NCBI GenBank assembly: GCA_965218795.1
Contig: OZ244653.1
Span: 4,224,001-4,288,000 of the forward strand
Reading direction: 5' to 3'
DNA: 64,000 nucleotides
Source: a bacterium
GTDB taxonomy: Bacteria > UBA8248 > JACPRG01 > G963555815
The position numbers were made by a program, and so were the translations under genes. Of the stretch, positions 9,920-20,140 are shown piece after piece. The notes beneath the pieces were generated by a model, which was not told the DNA's origin, ran no database searches, and saw only the letters and a list, made by a program, of their open reading frames with translations. Every line of letters starts with the position of its first letter. Positions within the stretch are counted from its first letter, which is position 1.

Positions 9920-11404
9920 ATGGACAAGACGGCCCGTATCGTTCAGGAGTTTTCCTTGCCGCGATTGGTCACAGCCGCCATCGCCGTTGCCGGGTTGATC
10001 GCCGTCGTACTGATGTGTCTGATATTCCTGGATCTCGGCGGACGGGCCGGGATTGCGACCGGGATTCTTCTCGCATACTTTGGCCTGGCGGCCATCGCTG
10101 TGTCGGCGGTGTACGTTTTCCTGTGGATATTTTTGGAGGGCAGGGTCTTCCGGCCCCTTCTCCATCTCCTTCGCCAAGGCGTTACGGCCGACGGGCCGGG
10201 GCGTGGCTGGAAGAGACGACTTGACGCGGGAAGGGCGGGATTGGAGCCAATCGCGGGGGAGGTCGACCGTCTGCACAAGGATCTGGCGTCAGCGCGAAGA
10301 CAGACGGCTGAAACGGTCAGGCAGGCGGTGGCCGAAGGCGAAGGCCAGCGCCACCGGCTGGAATCGATCCTCAGGGACCTCAGCGAGGGCGTTCTGGTTT
10401 GCAATCTGGAACATCAGGTTCTGTTGTACAACCGGTCGGCTCTATGGCTACTGTCCGGGGCGGGAGAGATGGGAATCGGTCGCCCTCTGGAGGGGATTTT
10501 GGACCCGGCGCCGGTCCAAGAGGCGCTTTACGTTCTGCTGGAGTCGCAGCGTGAATCCGCATCCGGGGAGGGTTATGCGGGTACGGTTTCGCTGGCCTGT
10601 ATCGTTTCGGAGGAAGGCCACTCCCTTCCCGCGAGAATGACCCTCACCTTCGACGGGGAGGGTCTGCCGGACGGATATGTCCTCACGCTCGAAACGAGAG
10701 CCGACCCCGACCGGGATTTTACACCCCCGGTCTTGTCGGAATTTTATGATTTCGGATTATTCTCCCGGCCTCTTGCTGCGCCGACAAAGGCCGAAGCTCA
10801 GCTATCGGGTCTCAGCTACGTCGTCTTCGACCTGGAGACCACAGGTCTGTCGCCTTCCGAGGGCGACCGCATCGTATCCATCGCGGGTGTTCGGGTCGTC
10901 AAAGGCCGTGTGTTGCGGAGTGAGGTCTTTCATTCCTTCGTCAACCCCGGCTGCCCGATCTCCATATCGGCCATCCGTGTGCACGGAATCACGGACGGGG
11001 CTGTGGTCGACGCGCCCGTGATGGAAGACGTCCTCCCGCGCTTTCGGCAGTTCGTCGGCGAGTCCATCCTGGTGGCCCACAATGCAGGATTCGATATGAA
11101 CTTCTTGAACATGGAAGAAGGCAACGCCGGAGTTCGCTTCGATATGCCCGTTCTTGATACCATGCTTCTGTCGATGGCGATTCACGTGGACGCCGACGGT
11201 CACGGTCTGGACGTAGTGGGCGACCGATTCGGCGTGGAGATCCCTCCGGGCGAACGTCACACGGCCCTGGGCGATACGCTGGCCACCGCGGAGGTCTTCG
11301 TCCGGCAATTGGGTTTCTTGAAGGCGCGGGGTCTTCAGACGCTGGCCGATCTCAATGACCTGTCTCAAAAGCAGGCCAAAACCCAGCGCTTCGAACCTTC
11401 CTGA
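9920..11404 (+). CDS. membrane-anchored PAS-like + DEDDh 3'-5' exonuclease (DnaQ-like) protein
   Basis: two N-terminal TM helices, coiled coil, LESILRDLSEGVLVC PAS-like start, FDLETTG / HNAGFD / HTALGD motifs. Confidence 0.85.
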   Translation: MDKTARIVQEFSLPRLVTAAIAVAGLIAVVLMCLIFLDLGGRAGIATGILLAYFGLAAIAVSAVYVFLWIFLEGRVFRPLLHLLRQGVTADGPGRGWKRRLDAGRAGLEPIAGEVDRLHKDLASARRQTAETVRQAVAEGEGQRHRLESILRDLSEGVLVCNLEHQVLLYNRSALWLLSGAGEMGIGRPLEGILDPAPVQEALYVLLESQRESASGEGYAGTVSLACIVSEEGHSLPARMTLTFDGEGLPDGYVLTLETRADPDRDFTPPVLSEFYDFGLFSRPLAAPTKAEAQLSGLSYVVFDLETTGLSPSEGDRIVSIAGVRVVKGRVLRSEVFHSFVNPGCPISISAIRVHGITDGAVVDAPVMEDVLPRFRQFVGESILVAHNAGFDMNFLNMEEGNAGVRFDMPVLDTMLLSMAIHVDADGHGLDVVGDRFGVEIPPGERHTALGDTLATAEVFVRQLGFLKARGLQTLADLNDLSQKQAKTQRFEPS

Positions 11405-11419
11405 GCCGATGCCGTCCGA

Positions 11420-12211
11420 TCAGAAGATTTCGCCGGTGAATTCCATCCGGACCTTCTTTTGAAGCGAATCGACAGCCTTCAAAGACTCTCCCAAAAGTTT
11501 TTTCTGCCGCCTTGAAAGGTCGTGGGGGTGAACGAAGTTCCCGACTTTTTCCCCATCCCGGAAGTCGCGAAGCTGCTGCTGCAGGAGGAGTCCCGTAATC
11601 AGGGTGAAAGCGCCCCGCATATCGTCCGCCTCGTCATCGGTGAGGACGCCGGCCCGGTGAAGGGAATCGACGCGGCGAAGGGTGGGCGTCTCCTCGCTCC
11701 CGCCCCTCAGCGCCAAGAGTCGCACCGATCCCACCAGCGGCAGGAGCCCGCCGTGCTTGAGGTTGATCTCCCCCCGGTTTTCGGGCTGATCCCGTTCGGT
11801 GCGCAGGCGGCCGAATAACCCGAGGGCCACGTGGCGGTCCGCTTCCGCGGTGAACATTTCCTGGAGAACGACGGGGTTCTGCCGGCACAGACCGGCGACG
11901 TGGTCACGCAGGGACCGTGAGAGACGGCCGTCGCCGTAGACCGGCTGAAAGTCAAAGAAGATATCGCTCAACTGAGCCGCGAACGTAGTCCGCCTGGCGA
12001 ACCATCCGGTCGTTTGCGCGCGCCACTGGGACAAGGTTTTGCGCCATACGGGATTGGTGGCCATGATGTACCCTTTGCACACAGGGAATCCAACGGCGGC
12101 CAGGTCGCGGGTCATCCGCTCGGCCAGCTCGATGAAGAATCGGTCGATCCGCTCGTGCTCGTCGTCGGGGTAATCCGCAACGACAAACCCGTTGTCCTGG
12201 TCGGGGTACAG
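11420..12211 (-). pseudogene. 3' part of the CBS-DUF294 nucleotidyltransferase gene split by the IS1595 element
   Basis: reads LYPDQDNGF...GFPVCKGYIMATNPVW...NLKHGG from the TSD onward, in frame with the 5' part. Confidence 0.9.
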
Positions 12212-12271
12212 AAAATTTTGGGAATTATATAGGAAAGTTGACGAAAATCAGCAAATAACTAAAAAGAAGAG

Positions 12272-12300
12272 TTGACAATATATCCGTTAAGCCCTATATT
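12272..12300 (+). promoter_or_regulatory. sigma70-type promoter of the transposase
   Basis: TTGACA-N17-TATATT. Confidence 0.75.
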
Positions 12301-12327
12301 ATATAGAAGAAAGGGGCAACGGATAGA

Positions 12328-13254
12328 ATGAAACGTATTGCAAAGACCATTGGCATTTTTGAACTGAATCAGAAATACTCCACAGACTACAAGGCCCGGA
12401 AATATTTCGAAGAACTCAGATGGGGCAAGAAGCCTGTCTGTGTCCGGTGCGGTTGTTTCAAGAAGATCACCAAACAGAAGAAGCATCCGGGCCGTTATTG
12501 GTGCGGAGATTGCCGGAAGTATTTCACGGCCTTCACGAATACGCCCCTCGAATATTCCAAGGTTTCCCCTCGTCAATGGATTCTGGCCGCCTACATGCTC
12601 ATGACGGCCCGCAAGGGCGTGAGCAGTTTGCAGTTGAGCAAGGAGCTTGATGTCACTCAGACCACGGCTTGGTACATCCTGCATCGGTTACGGCTTGCTT
12701 GCGGAGACAACATGGAAGCTCTGTCCGGGGCCGTTGAAGTCGATGAGGTCTATCTAGGCGGCCGGGAATCGAACAAGCACGAAAACAAGAAGCTGAAGCA
12801 AGGCCGAGGAACTGTCGGGAAAACCGCCATTCTCGGCATGCGTTCAAGAGATGGTCGGGTAAAGGCCCTTCCTGTTGAGCGGGTAAACGAAAAGACCTTA
12901 CAAGGGGCTATCGAGGCAAACGTTACGCCGGGGTCAACGGTCTATACGGATGACCACGGAGGCTATCTTGGCCTAGAAGCGGAATACGAACACAAGACCG
13001 TCAAGCATTCCGCGAAAGAGTTCGTCAACGGAATGGCCCACACGAACGGAATCGAGAGCGTTTGGGCCGTCATAAAGCGTGGGTACAACGGCGTTTACCA
13101 CAACTGGAGCCGAAAGCACACCAAAGCCTACGTTGATGAGTTCACCTTCCGGCTGAATGAAGGCTCATGCGAGATCGACACAGAAGATCGGCTAGCATCT
13201 CTGTTCGGCGCAATGGTTGGGAAGAAAATCACATTAGACGAATTGACCTCATGA
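12328..13254 (+). CDS. IS1595 family DDE transposase
   Basis: Zn ribbon CVRC...CGDC, SSLQLSKEL HTH, VEVDEVY, YTDD, HTNGIESVW, YVDEFTFRLN; ORF intact. Confidence 0.95.
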   Translation: MKRIAKTIGIFELNQKYSTDYKARKYFEELRWGKKPVCVRCGCFKKITKQKKHPGRYWCGDCRKYFTAFTNTPLEYSKVSPRQWILAAYMLMTARKGVSSLQLSKELDVTQTTAWYILHRLRLACGDNMEALSGAVEVDEVYLGGRESNKHENKKLKQGRGTVGKTAILGMRSRDGRVKALPVERVNEKTLQGAIEANVTPGSTVYTDDHGGYLGLEAEYEHKTVKHSAKEFVNGMAHTNGIESVWAVIKRGYNGVYHNWSRKHTKAYVDEFTFRLNEGSCEIDTEDRLASLFGAMVGKKITLDELTS

Positions 13255-13321
13255 GGATGTGACTAGTTAGATAGTCTTTTTACCCTTCAAGTCCGTCCCC
13301 GCTTCGGGTTTTTTGTCGCGC

Positions 13322-14284
13322 TCACACCTTCGGTTCCAATATGTTATCGCTATACGGTAGAGACCCCATCAATCGTTCCGTAAATGCCCAGTTCGCCTCG
13401 CCGATATCAGTCACTGGAAGCCGGATACTCGCATCGGCCATTCTTTCCAAATGCCATTTACGTCCATAGTTGAAACGATAACGCTCCATCCTAATCAATG
13501 TACAAACAAAAAGTCCAGACAACGCCGTCATCTTGAATCGAGGGTAGAGGACATTGACATCATCCGATGCCCAGAAGGGCACCGGTTGGTAAAAGGCCTC
13601 GGCCACGGAACCGTTGTAATTTACCGATATAGTATTGCCTTCATGGTTTGGCGTTACGTCAACAAATTCTCTGTAGCCGTTGTTTGAGTCAATGGCACCC
13701 ACGAACGGAACAGCGCCTTCCCCCATGTTGGCCCTAGTCAGCCGGCGCCCCTTCTTTATCTCAAAAATATCTCTGAGTCTGAATGTCCTCCAGTTGCGCA
13801 CATCCAACGCTATATCGTCTCTAGCGATACAAGCGCTCGTACACGATTCCAAGGAAACCCCACCTACCCATTTGGGAACAGCACAAGGATTGGGAATCAA
13901 AATATCATCAAACGCCTTGTTCGCTTCCCGACCATGAGACGTAAACCTGAATCGATTTGAGGATATAACCAGGCAATAGTACACCTTTTGGTTAAAAGTC
14001 ATGGGCCGTTTCGGTGTCAGCACTTTGATGTTTTGCGCTGTGTAGAACCTTTTCGGTTGCACAAATGCTGATAGCAGATAGGTACCACCGAGGGTTACTG
14101 TAATTAGACCGGCAGCATAAGGCGCGATCCCCGGAATTTTCTGCACTCGTCCATCCACCCCCAAATCAGAAGAGGATCGAGAAACAAAATTTATGCCCTC
14201 GGGGTCTTCGGTCATCTTGTTCTTGTTGAGCTGGTTCCCGTACTCTATGTCAAACAGCTCCTGTATTCTGTTTAGGTCAGTCAT
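13322..14284 (-). CDS. restriction-modification specificity (S) subunit, BcgIB-like
   Basis: 320 aa with two TRD-like repeats (ELFDIEYG / DIFEIKKG; RFTSHGRE / RFNYGRK); overlaps the end of the methylase gene. Confidence 0.8.
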   Translation of the reverse strand: MTDLNRIQELFDIEYGNQLNKNKMTEDPEGINFVSRSSSDLGVDGRVQKIPGIAPYAAGLITVTLGGTYLLSAFVQPKRFYTAQNIKVLTPKRPMTFNQKVYYCLVISSNRFRFTSHGREANKAFDDILIPNPCAVPKWVGGVSLESCTSACIARDDIALDVRNWRTFRLRDIFEIKKGRRLTRANMGEGAVPFVGAIDSNNGYREFVDVTPNHEGNTISVNYNGSVAEAFYQPVPFWASDDVNVLYPRFKMTALSGLFVCTLIRMERYRFNYGRKWHLERMADASIRLPVTDIGEANWAFTERLMGSLPYSDNILEPKV

Positions 14285-16132
14285 ACCTCACCTTGAATGC
14301 CACATACTCTCGCAATGCTTGCTTAAAATCCTCCTTTCCTAGTGTCGAATAATCAGTTTCCATATAAGCCTCCGCACACCATTCGTCGGAGGCGGTGATC
14401 GATCTCAAAATACTGAGCCCCGCGACACTCTCACGATTAAGGTAGCAGTTTAGCCACCCAGCCTTGATCGCATCCCACCTTCCTTCATCCACTCGGCCCA
14501 TGTGCTTTGTCTTGCGAAAGCCATCATTCTTGAAGTATCCGAAGAAGACCTTGTAATCCGATGGATGCGGTCGATGTGCCTGCAAGACCATAATGCAGGT
14601 TATCACACCGACTGGATGAAAGAGATCGCTTGGCATCGAGAACACGCTTAGCAATTGGTGCTTCTTGAGTAGCCGTTCACGAATTTGAACCGCCGCTGAG
14701 CCTGTTGACGTTGCACAGCTCATTTGCACGACAGCAGCGCAACGCCCACCTGCGTTCAAGGCACGATAGGGCATTCTCTATGAACTCCAGCTGTCCGTCC
14801 TCGCCTACATCGTATGGGGGATTCAGGAATGCCACTGTCGGAGTCAGCGTTTTGACTAGTTCAACATTGTCAAGAGAAAAGGAGTCCCCTTGATAAATGT
14901 GCGCCTTTCCGTCTCCGCTCATCATCATGTTCGAACACGCGTACGTAAACATATCAGTACGCTTTTCCATGCCGACAAGTTGGTTCTGCTTTATGTCGCT
15001 CTTCTTGTCTGCATCATTTCCTGCCAAGCCCGCCATCCGTTTCATCGCGGAAATCAAAAAACCACCGGTCCCACAACAACTATCGTAGACGACATCGTTG
15101 ACATTTAAGTTGACCACATCACCGACGAACTCTGTAATGTGCTGCGGCGTGAGTACTAGTCCTGTTTTCTTGTCTGTACCCGCATATCGTATAAATTCTC
15201 GATAGAATCTACCCAACACATCGTAACCCCTATCTCCCATAGAGATGAGAGGCAAGATAGACTTCTCCAGTCTTTTCGTCAGGCCTCGCAACACATAGTT
15301 GGGTTCTTCATCTGAGGATTGATTCTTTTTCTTTATCCTCTGTTCTTTGGCAATGGGATACGTCCGGATTTTTGAATACTCTCCCATCATTGAATTGGTT
15401 CGGGCAGTGTCGATGCCATTGTCTTCTAGGACGTTGCCAATACCTGTCATGATGGCTCGGGCCAGCCGCTGAGGCATCGGCTTTAGTTGTTTTGTAGCGG
15501 CTGTCGACTTGTAGGAGGCTTTGAAACTTTGGTTGTGGAGTGCAAGCAATAGCGCACTGACCAATGTACATCTCTCGTACTCTACTATGGAGTAAGAATT
15601 GAGTTCCACATTCAAATCAATTGCTGTCTTCGTTATTTCTCTGCTTTCTATGTTGCGTGCCTGTACATCGTCACGAAGGAAGCTAATGTAGGAAAAGACT
15701 GACAACAGTTTTGTGTCCGCCTCTTCTGCGGCCGTTTGGTTTTGCTTTTGATAAAATGAGGAAACCCTCATCGCATTGTGGCTAGTTCCACTTACCGCGA
15801 TGGCGATTACATTGTATTCTTGCGAGAGAAACGACGCATAGTGGAGAGCACCATCAACCGCGTAACCGGACGGATTGTTGCGGTTTTCACTCTCATGAAG
15901 TTTGGTATCCGCCTTACATTCAACAACAATTATGTCATCTGGAAGCGCCGGGATGCTAATTAGGAACTCAGGATACCCGATCTTTCCGGTTTTGTTCTTA
16001 GAAGCACGAGCCAAGCATTGCTTCGCTTTGGGAATGGAAGTCCTTTGTTCTTCTAACTTTATCGCAGTGAAAAGCGGATCGGTCTTGAAGTGATCTCGAA
16101 TAAACTCTTCCGTAAGTCTCTCGTTAAGGCAT
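14277..16132 (-). pseudogene. fused endonuclease / N6-adenine methyltransferase (BcgIA-like, Type IIB/IIG) with two +1 frameshifts
   Basis: PEF...VVECK nuclease motif, LTPQHI, DSCCGTGGFL, LNPPY; ATG CCT T AAC GAG at the start and a frame switch near 14755 into ORF 14277..14774. Confidence 0.82.
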
Positions 16133-16304
16133 GATCGGAAACCAGATCCCGGTAGCGTAGCCGCTTTCCGACCATGCCCCGCTCCAACGTGGACATTTGG
16201 GCCACAGTGTCGAGATCCCGGATTCAAGGGGTTTGGCTAGTTAAGCGTATAATCTCCCACCAGAGCCTTGAAGCGACAGCCGTCTTCAATCCATGTCATT
16301 GAAT

Positions 16305-16490
16305 TCATTTGCTGCCGGTTTTGACTTCCTCGAAAACCGGCTGGCCATTCCTGAACGAGATTTTGAATGGTCGCTTTAGGTCTTCCTTGGTGGGCGGTGG
16401 AGGGTCTTCGTTGGGCCTCGGGGTGTAAAATATCCGCTCTGCCACCCTGTCTAGTTTCACTTGATCGGTGAGTTCTGGATCACCGTTCAT
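16305..16490 (-). CDS. small hypothetical protein inside the IS right end
   Basis: 61-aa ORF with AAGGAG SD and upstream TTGACA. Confidence 0.5.
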   Translation of the reverse strand: MNGDPELTDQVKLDRVAERIFYTPRPNEDPPPPTKEDLKRPFKISFRNGQPVFEEVKTGSK

Positions 16491-16510
16491 GGGCGGTCTC
16501 CTTCGCTTTC

Positions 16511-16552
16511 GGATAGGGCACTATGCCCTATATAGGACCAATGGTCCTATCC
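16511..16552. promoter_or_regulatory. tandem 19-bp palindromes (candidate operators)
   Basis: ATAGGGCA-CTA-TGCCCTAT (16513-16531) abutting ATAGGACCA-A-TGGTCCTAT (16532-16550), downstream of a minus-strand TTGACA. Confidence 0.55.
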
Positions 16553-16650
16553 TGAAACGGAAATGTCAACCCCTAATCCATCCCCATTCAGGGGGGGGAT
16601 CGACCCACCCACCCTTCTTCTCCGCGTGTCAACTTTCCTATATAATTCCC

Positions 16651-17319
16651 AAAATTTTCGCCCCGTCCTCCAGACCCCATGACGATGGCTTCAAATTCGG
16701 CCGGAGGCCTCCCGAGCCCTTCACGGTGCATGTCGGACAGGGTCTGTTCGATGATCCGCCGGTAGATGTCGTTGTTGATATGGGTCAGCAGGGATTGCAC
16801 CTCGGGGGCGGGCAGATGATCCGTGAACCATTGCTCGGCCACCTCCACCTGCGCGGCCTTGACCTCGCGGAGACCGTCCAGCGTGCCCTCCTGCGTCAGC
16901 CGGTCGATCTGATCGATCATCTGCGACGCCGCGAAGGCGATGGCATCGTGCAGGTTGATGATGCCGACCGGTTGATTTCCTTCATCCACGACCGGCATGT
17001 GCCGGAGGTCGAACCGCCGCATCTTGGCGATCGCCCGGTAGAGATAATCGCTCCCCTTGATCGAACGGACGGGCGTGGTCATCACGGCCGTGATCGGCTC
17101 CGGGCCCTCGCAGCGGAGGGCGACCCGGCGGGTTACGTCCCGCTCGGTGAGGATTCCCACGAGACCTCGTTGAGAGTCGGCGACGAGCGCATGGCTGGCC
17201 CGATTCTCCGTCATGGCCGCCAGGGCCTCCCGGACAGTTGTATCGGGGGAAACGATCAGCGGACCGGGCCGAAAAAATTCATCGACCAGACAGGAGAAAA
17301 TCCGCGTTTGGGACTGCAT
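16651..17319 (-). pseudogene. 5' part (CBS pair + start of the NT domain) of the split DUF294 nucleotidyltransferase
   Basis: GILTERD and RHMPVVD CBS motifs, then IVMGSGGRGENF ending at the TSD. Confidence 0.9.
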
Positions 17320-17597
17320 GGGCGATGATTCCCTCTCAATGGGGGAAGGGTCTCATGCAAATTCATCTCAATGCTTCCATGAATCAATACAGACGGATAT
17401 CCGGGCCCAACAGCCGGAGGGCCTTTCGTCTCGAAAAAACATTCTGAATTGCATGAGAGCGATCATCCCGAGTATCTACGACTTTTCTTCCATCCTGATA
17501 TATCAATGGCCCCGAAATCGTTCCTGTCCAAGCTGAATCATAGTATTTGGAATGAAAGTTTAGGGAATATACGCGAGATCATGTTGAAGTAATTTTT

Positions 17598-17926
17598 GGG
17601 AATGATACGCTTGACGAGCCAGGGGTATCATTCTCACGGAGATTCCCGTGGACCCGTATCTCGCCTCGAGATCGTCAGGCGCCGCGCAAGTCGATTTCTC
17701 CATCGAGATGGATTCCCGCTCAGGTCGGGGAGTGGATTCCTGCTTGCGCAGGAATGACAAATGGCAAACGAGGCCCGCGCCCAACAGCCTGTCATTGCCG
17801 CGGGGCTTGTCCCCGAAGGCTTGAGTCGGGGGCGGGCTCGCTGGGGGATCGGCATGGTTCTGGTTGTCATTCCCGCGGAAGCGGGAATCCAGAAAAAAAG
17901 TCTGGCTCGTCAAGCGTATCATTTCC
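17598..17926. mobile_element. 329-bp MITE, probably IS1595-related
   Basis: 22-bp perfect IR AATGATACGCTTGACGAGCCAG (17601-17622 / 17902-17923) extending to GG ends; flanks TAATTTTT / TAATTTCT (7/8 match); contains REP-like palindromes. Confidence 0.8.
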
Positions 17927-18157
17927 TAATTTCTCAATTTTTCTGTGGTATTCCCGGTTCGCATATGGTAGATTCAGCCGGAATGATTCGGATGGAATGG
18001 GAGGTTCCTTCCAAGACTGACATCGAATCTTCTCAAGAATAATACCTGAGCCGAGCTTGCGTTTAAGGGTTTCACAGGATACAGATTTCAGCATCATTTT
18101 TCCGGTGTCTGGCCGTATCTGGAGTGAACGGAGCGACTGTAGAGGAGGCCTCGGTCT

Positions 18158-20140
18158 ATGAGCGCAAAGGTAGTCTGGCTCTTTGCCTTTGTCGTGCTGT
18201 ATTGGGCCTATTGCATTTTCTGGGGGGTCAAATGCGCACGAATGGCGCGAACCGCCGGTGATTACTTTATCGCCGGCCGTCGCCTCTCGATGTGGGTCTT
18301 TGTCCTGGCGGCAACAGCCACATCCTTTTCCGGATGGACCTTCATGGGGCACCCGGGTCTCGTCTACCGAGACGGTTTCCAGTACGCATACGCATCCTTC
18401 TACACCATTACCATCCCCTTCACAGGGGTGATGTTCCTGAAGCGACAATGGATGTTGGGCAAGCGCTTCGGATACGTCACTCCCGGCGAGATGTTCTCCG
18501 ATTACTTCCAGGGTGACGCAGTCCGGATCCTGACTGTGATCGTGGCGCTTCTCTTCTCGATTCCGTATCTCGGAGTGCAGCTCGGCGCCTCGGGCTTCCT
18601 GTTCAACGTCCTGACCGACGGAGTGTTGTCCGTCAACGTCGGGATGTGGCTCCTGTCCATCGTGGTGCTGATCTACGTAGCGGCCGGGGGGCTGCGCGCT
18701 GTGGCCTACGTGGATACGCTACAGTGCATCCTGCTGGCGCTCGGCATCGTGATCACGGGATTCATCGCTGTCAGCCTCGCCGGCGGATGGGGTTCTCTCA
18801 ATGCGGGGTTGGCGAAACTGGCCGCTTCCGACGTGGCGAAATGGGGGACCACCAAAGGTTACGGCGGGGGGGATTACAATTCCTACTTCGCCATTCCCGG
18901 CGTTATCCAGTTCACGGCTGGACTGGGGAAACAGACTCCCGTGGGCGGGTTATGGACGGGCGTCATGTGCCTGACCTACATGTTCGCGCTGATGGGCATC
19001 CAGTCGTCCCCGGCGTTTTCCATGTGGTCCTTCTCCAACAACAACCCGCGGCCGTTTGCGCCCCAGCAAGTCTGGGCGTCTTCCTTCGGCATCGGGCTGA
19101 TCCTGTTCTTCTTCACGGCGTTTCAGGGGATGGGAGCTCACCTGCTGGGCGCCAACCCCGCCGTAAGCGAAGCGGGCCTCGCCATTTCGAGCGCGCTTCC
19201 GGGAGCCATCGCTAAGAGGCCCGACTCGCTGGTTCCGCATTACTTCAACCAGATTGCAGGCGCGGCGCCCTGGCTCGTGGGTCTGCTGGCCGTCTGCGCG
19301 CTGGCGGCGATGCAGTCGACCGGGGCTGCCTATATGTCGACCGCCGGCGGCATGCTGACCCGCGATCTTTACAAGCGCTATCTGGCCCCCACTGCCTCGC
19401 ACGATAACCAAAAGGTCATGGGTCGGGTTGGCGTGGCGATCATCGTGATTGCCGCGTTGTTGGTGGCGACATTCTCACGGGATGCCCTCGTCTTGCTTGG
19501 AGGTCTCGCCGTTGCCTTCGGCTTCCAGATGTGGCCGTCCCTGGCGGGTGTTTGCTGGTTCCCGTGGATCACCCGGCAAGGCGCGACATGGGGACTGGCG
19601 GCGGGCCTGTTGGGCGTCATCTTCACCGAGAGCTTCGGCCTGACCATCCTCCAGGGGATCGGGATCGACGCTTGGGGCCGGTGGCCCTGGACGATCCATT
19701 CCGCCGGCTGGGGGATCTTCTTCAACCTGATCGTCTGCCTGATCGTGTCGGCCAACACGCAGAACAACAAGGCGATGGTCCACCGGATGAAGTATCACAA
19801 CTTCCTCCGGGAGAACGCCTCTCTGTCGGCGGACAAGCGGAGGCTCCTGCCGTGGGCCTGGGCGGCCACTATTGCCTGGTTGATCTTCGGGATCGGGCCG
19901 GGCGCCGTCATCGGCAACTACGCCTTCGGCGCGCCCGATCAGGGCGTCGCGGGGTGGACGTTCGGTATCCCCTCCATCTGGGCGTGGCAGATCCTGTTCT
20001 GGTTGCTGGGCGTCGCCATGATGTGGTTCCTGGCCTACAAGATGGAGATGTCCACGGTTCCGGAGAAGGATATCGAGGCGTTGGTCGAGGACATCGGCGA
20101 CGTGGCGCCGCAGCCGGCCGCCGGTTCGTCGAGATCATAA
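18158..20140 (+). CDS. sodium:solute symporter family protein (ActP/PutP-like superfamily)
   Basis: DYFIAGR, ATSFSGWTFMGHPG, GGLRAVAYVDTLQ, AAMQST; GGAGG SD; 660 aa, hydrophobic. Confidence 0.92.
   Translation: MSAKVVWLFAFVVLYWAYCIFWGVKCARMARTAGDYFIAGRRLSMWVFVLAATATSFSGWTFMGHPGLVYRDGFQYAYASFYTITIPFTGVMFLKRQWMLGKRFGYVTPGEMFSDYFQGDAVRILTVIVALLFSIPYLGVQLGASGFLFNVLTDGVLSVNVGMWLLSIVVLIYVAAGGLRAVAYVDTLQCILLALGIVITGFIAVSLAGGWGSLNAGLAKLAASDVAKWGTTKGYGGGDYNSYFAIPGVIQFTAGLGKQTPVGGLWTGVMCLTYMFALMGIQSSPAFSMWSFSNNNPRPFAPQQVWASSFGIGLILFFFTAFQGMGAHLLGANPAVSEAGLAISSALPGAIAKRPDSLVPHYFNQIAGAAPWLVGLLAVCALAAMQSTGAAYMSTAGGMLTRDLYKRYLAPTASHDNQKVMGRVGVAIIVIAALLVATFSRDALVLLGGLAVAFGFQMWPSLAGVCWFPWITRQGATWGLAAGLLGVIFTESFGLTILQGIGIDAWGRWPWTIHSAGWGIFFNLIVCLIVSANTQNNKAMVHRMKYHNFLRENASLSADKRRLLPWAWAATIAWLIFGIGPGAVIGNYAFGAPDQGVAGWTFGIPSIWAWQILFWLLGVAMMWFLAYKMEMSTVPEKDIEALVEDIGDVAPQPAAGSSRS

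Larger units (their letters stand above)
12220..16650 (+). mobile_element. IS1595-family transposon with passenger genes, 4431 bp
   Basis: perfect 23-bp TIRs GGGAATTATATAGGAAAGTTGAC (12220-12242 / 16628-16650); 8-bp direct repeats AAAATTTT (12212-12219 / 16651-16658); visibly lower GC than the flanks. Confidence 0.95.

Noticed and set aside
9920-11404. Calling this gene dnaQ
   Set aside because: TM and PAS-like N-terminus and the DUF294/symporter context argue against the replicative proofreading subunit
14740-14775. Programmed ribosomal frameshift in the R-M gene
   Set aside because: No slippery heptamer or repeat tract, and a second frameshift exists at the start
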